Positions 63,641-64,000 of a stretch of 64,000 nt of DNA are shown in pieces. The notes under the pieces are model-generated. The model saw nothing but the letters and a program-made list of their open reading frames with translations. It was not told the DNA's origin and ran no database searches. This stretch comes from Camelus ferus (lineage: Eukaryota): contig NC_045697.1 in assembly GCF_009834535.1 (NCBI RefSeq), positions 52,826,001-52,890,000 on the forward strand, read 5' to 3'. The translations under genes and the position numbers were made by a program. Numbering within the stretch: position 1 is the first letter of the stretch; the number at the start of each line of letters is the position of its first letter.

Positions 63641-64000
63641 TATTGAGAGAGACAATCCTCCTTGGACTTCCTGCTCTACATTTCTTTATGGGTTGTACCA
63701 AGAATGCAAGGCCCTGAATGCTCTTTTATCCAGGCCATTTCTCAGGGTTGTGTATGTAACTGATCATCAGGAGAGATAAGACTTGCCTACTGCTTCCTGT
63801 AAAAGCAACAGATACCCCACACTCAACGTTCCTCAGCTGCAACACAGAACCACCACATGCATAGCATCTTCCTGAGCCATAGTGTCTCCTGGGTGCAACT
63901 CTGGTGCAAGAGGAACTGACACAAAAGTGTTGATGCTCAGTCTGCTTGTAGTGTTATGAGTAACAAGGTTTTTTGTCTCTAACTGAAAAGGAGTCATGTC
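63641..64000 (+). mobile_element. LTR40-like ERVL LTR (runs to window edge)
   Basis: gagacaatcctcc...gaatgcaaggccctga...ggccatttctcagggttgtg...tttgtctct. Confidence 0.6.

Noticed and set aside
52512..64000. RUFY3 first exon or neuronal cassette exon upstream of exon 2
   Set aside because: No matching coding sequence found by eye; presumably outside the window.

Overview
Mammalian genomic DNA, probably a camelid judging from the tRNA-derived SINE and L1 3' ends (inference). It is not prokaryotic. The window holds two convergent multi-exon genes. (1) GRSF1 (+): CpG-island promoter, 9 coding exons (1243-11342; 1431 nt = 476 aa, mitochondrial presequence plus 3 qRRMs), an intron in the 3' UTR and a final non-coding exon to ~13.7 kb. 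(2) RUFY3 (-): exon 2 onward (52511 down to 23369; the first exon lies outside the window), with two mutually exclusive C-termini, a short one (...LIPKHH*) and a long FYVE-like one (...YSTSPS*). All exon junctions are GT-AG and phase-consistent. The rest is intronic or intergenic DNA rich in L1, L2, MIR, DNA-transposon fossils, LTRs and SINEs. Most ORF-track entries are GC-rich artefacts or decayed L1. I found no clearly new biological system. The best leads are: an intron-1 alternative first exon ending in ATG that would give a GRSF1 lacking its presequence; a TSD-flanked composite retro-insertion of rearranged L1 pieces with its own polyA signal (18.47-19.77 kb); a U6/L1 chimera nested in an older L1; the splicing/polyA switch of the RUFY3 3' end; and a perfect 24-bp palindrome in the RUFY3 short 3' UTR. 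Repeat family names were recognised by eye, not by database search.
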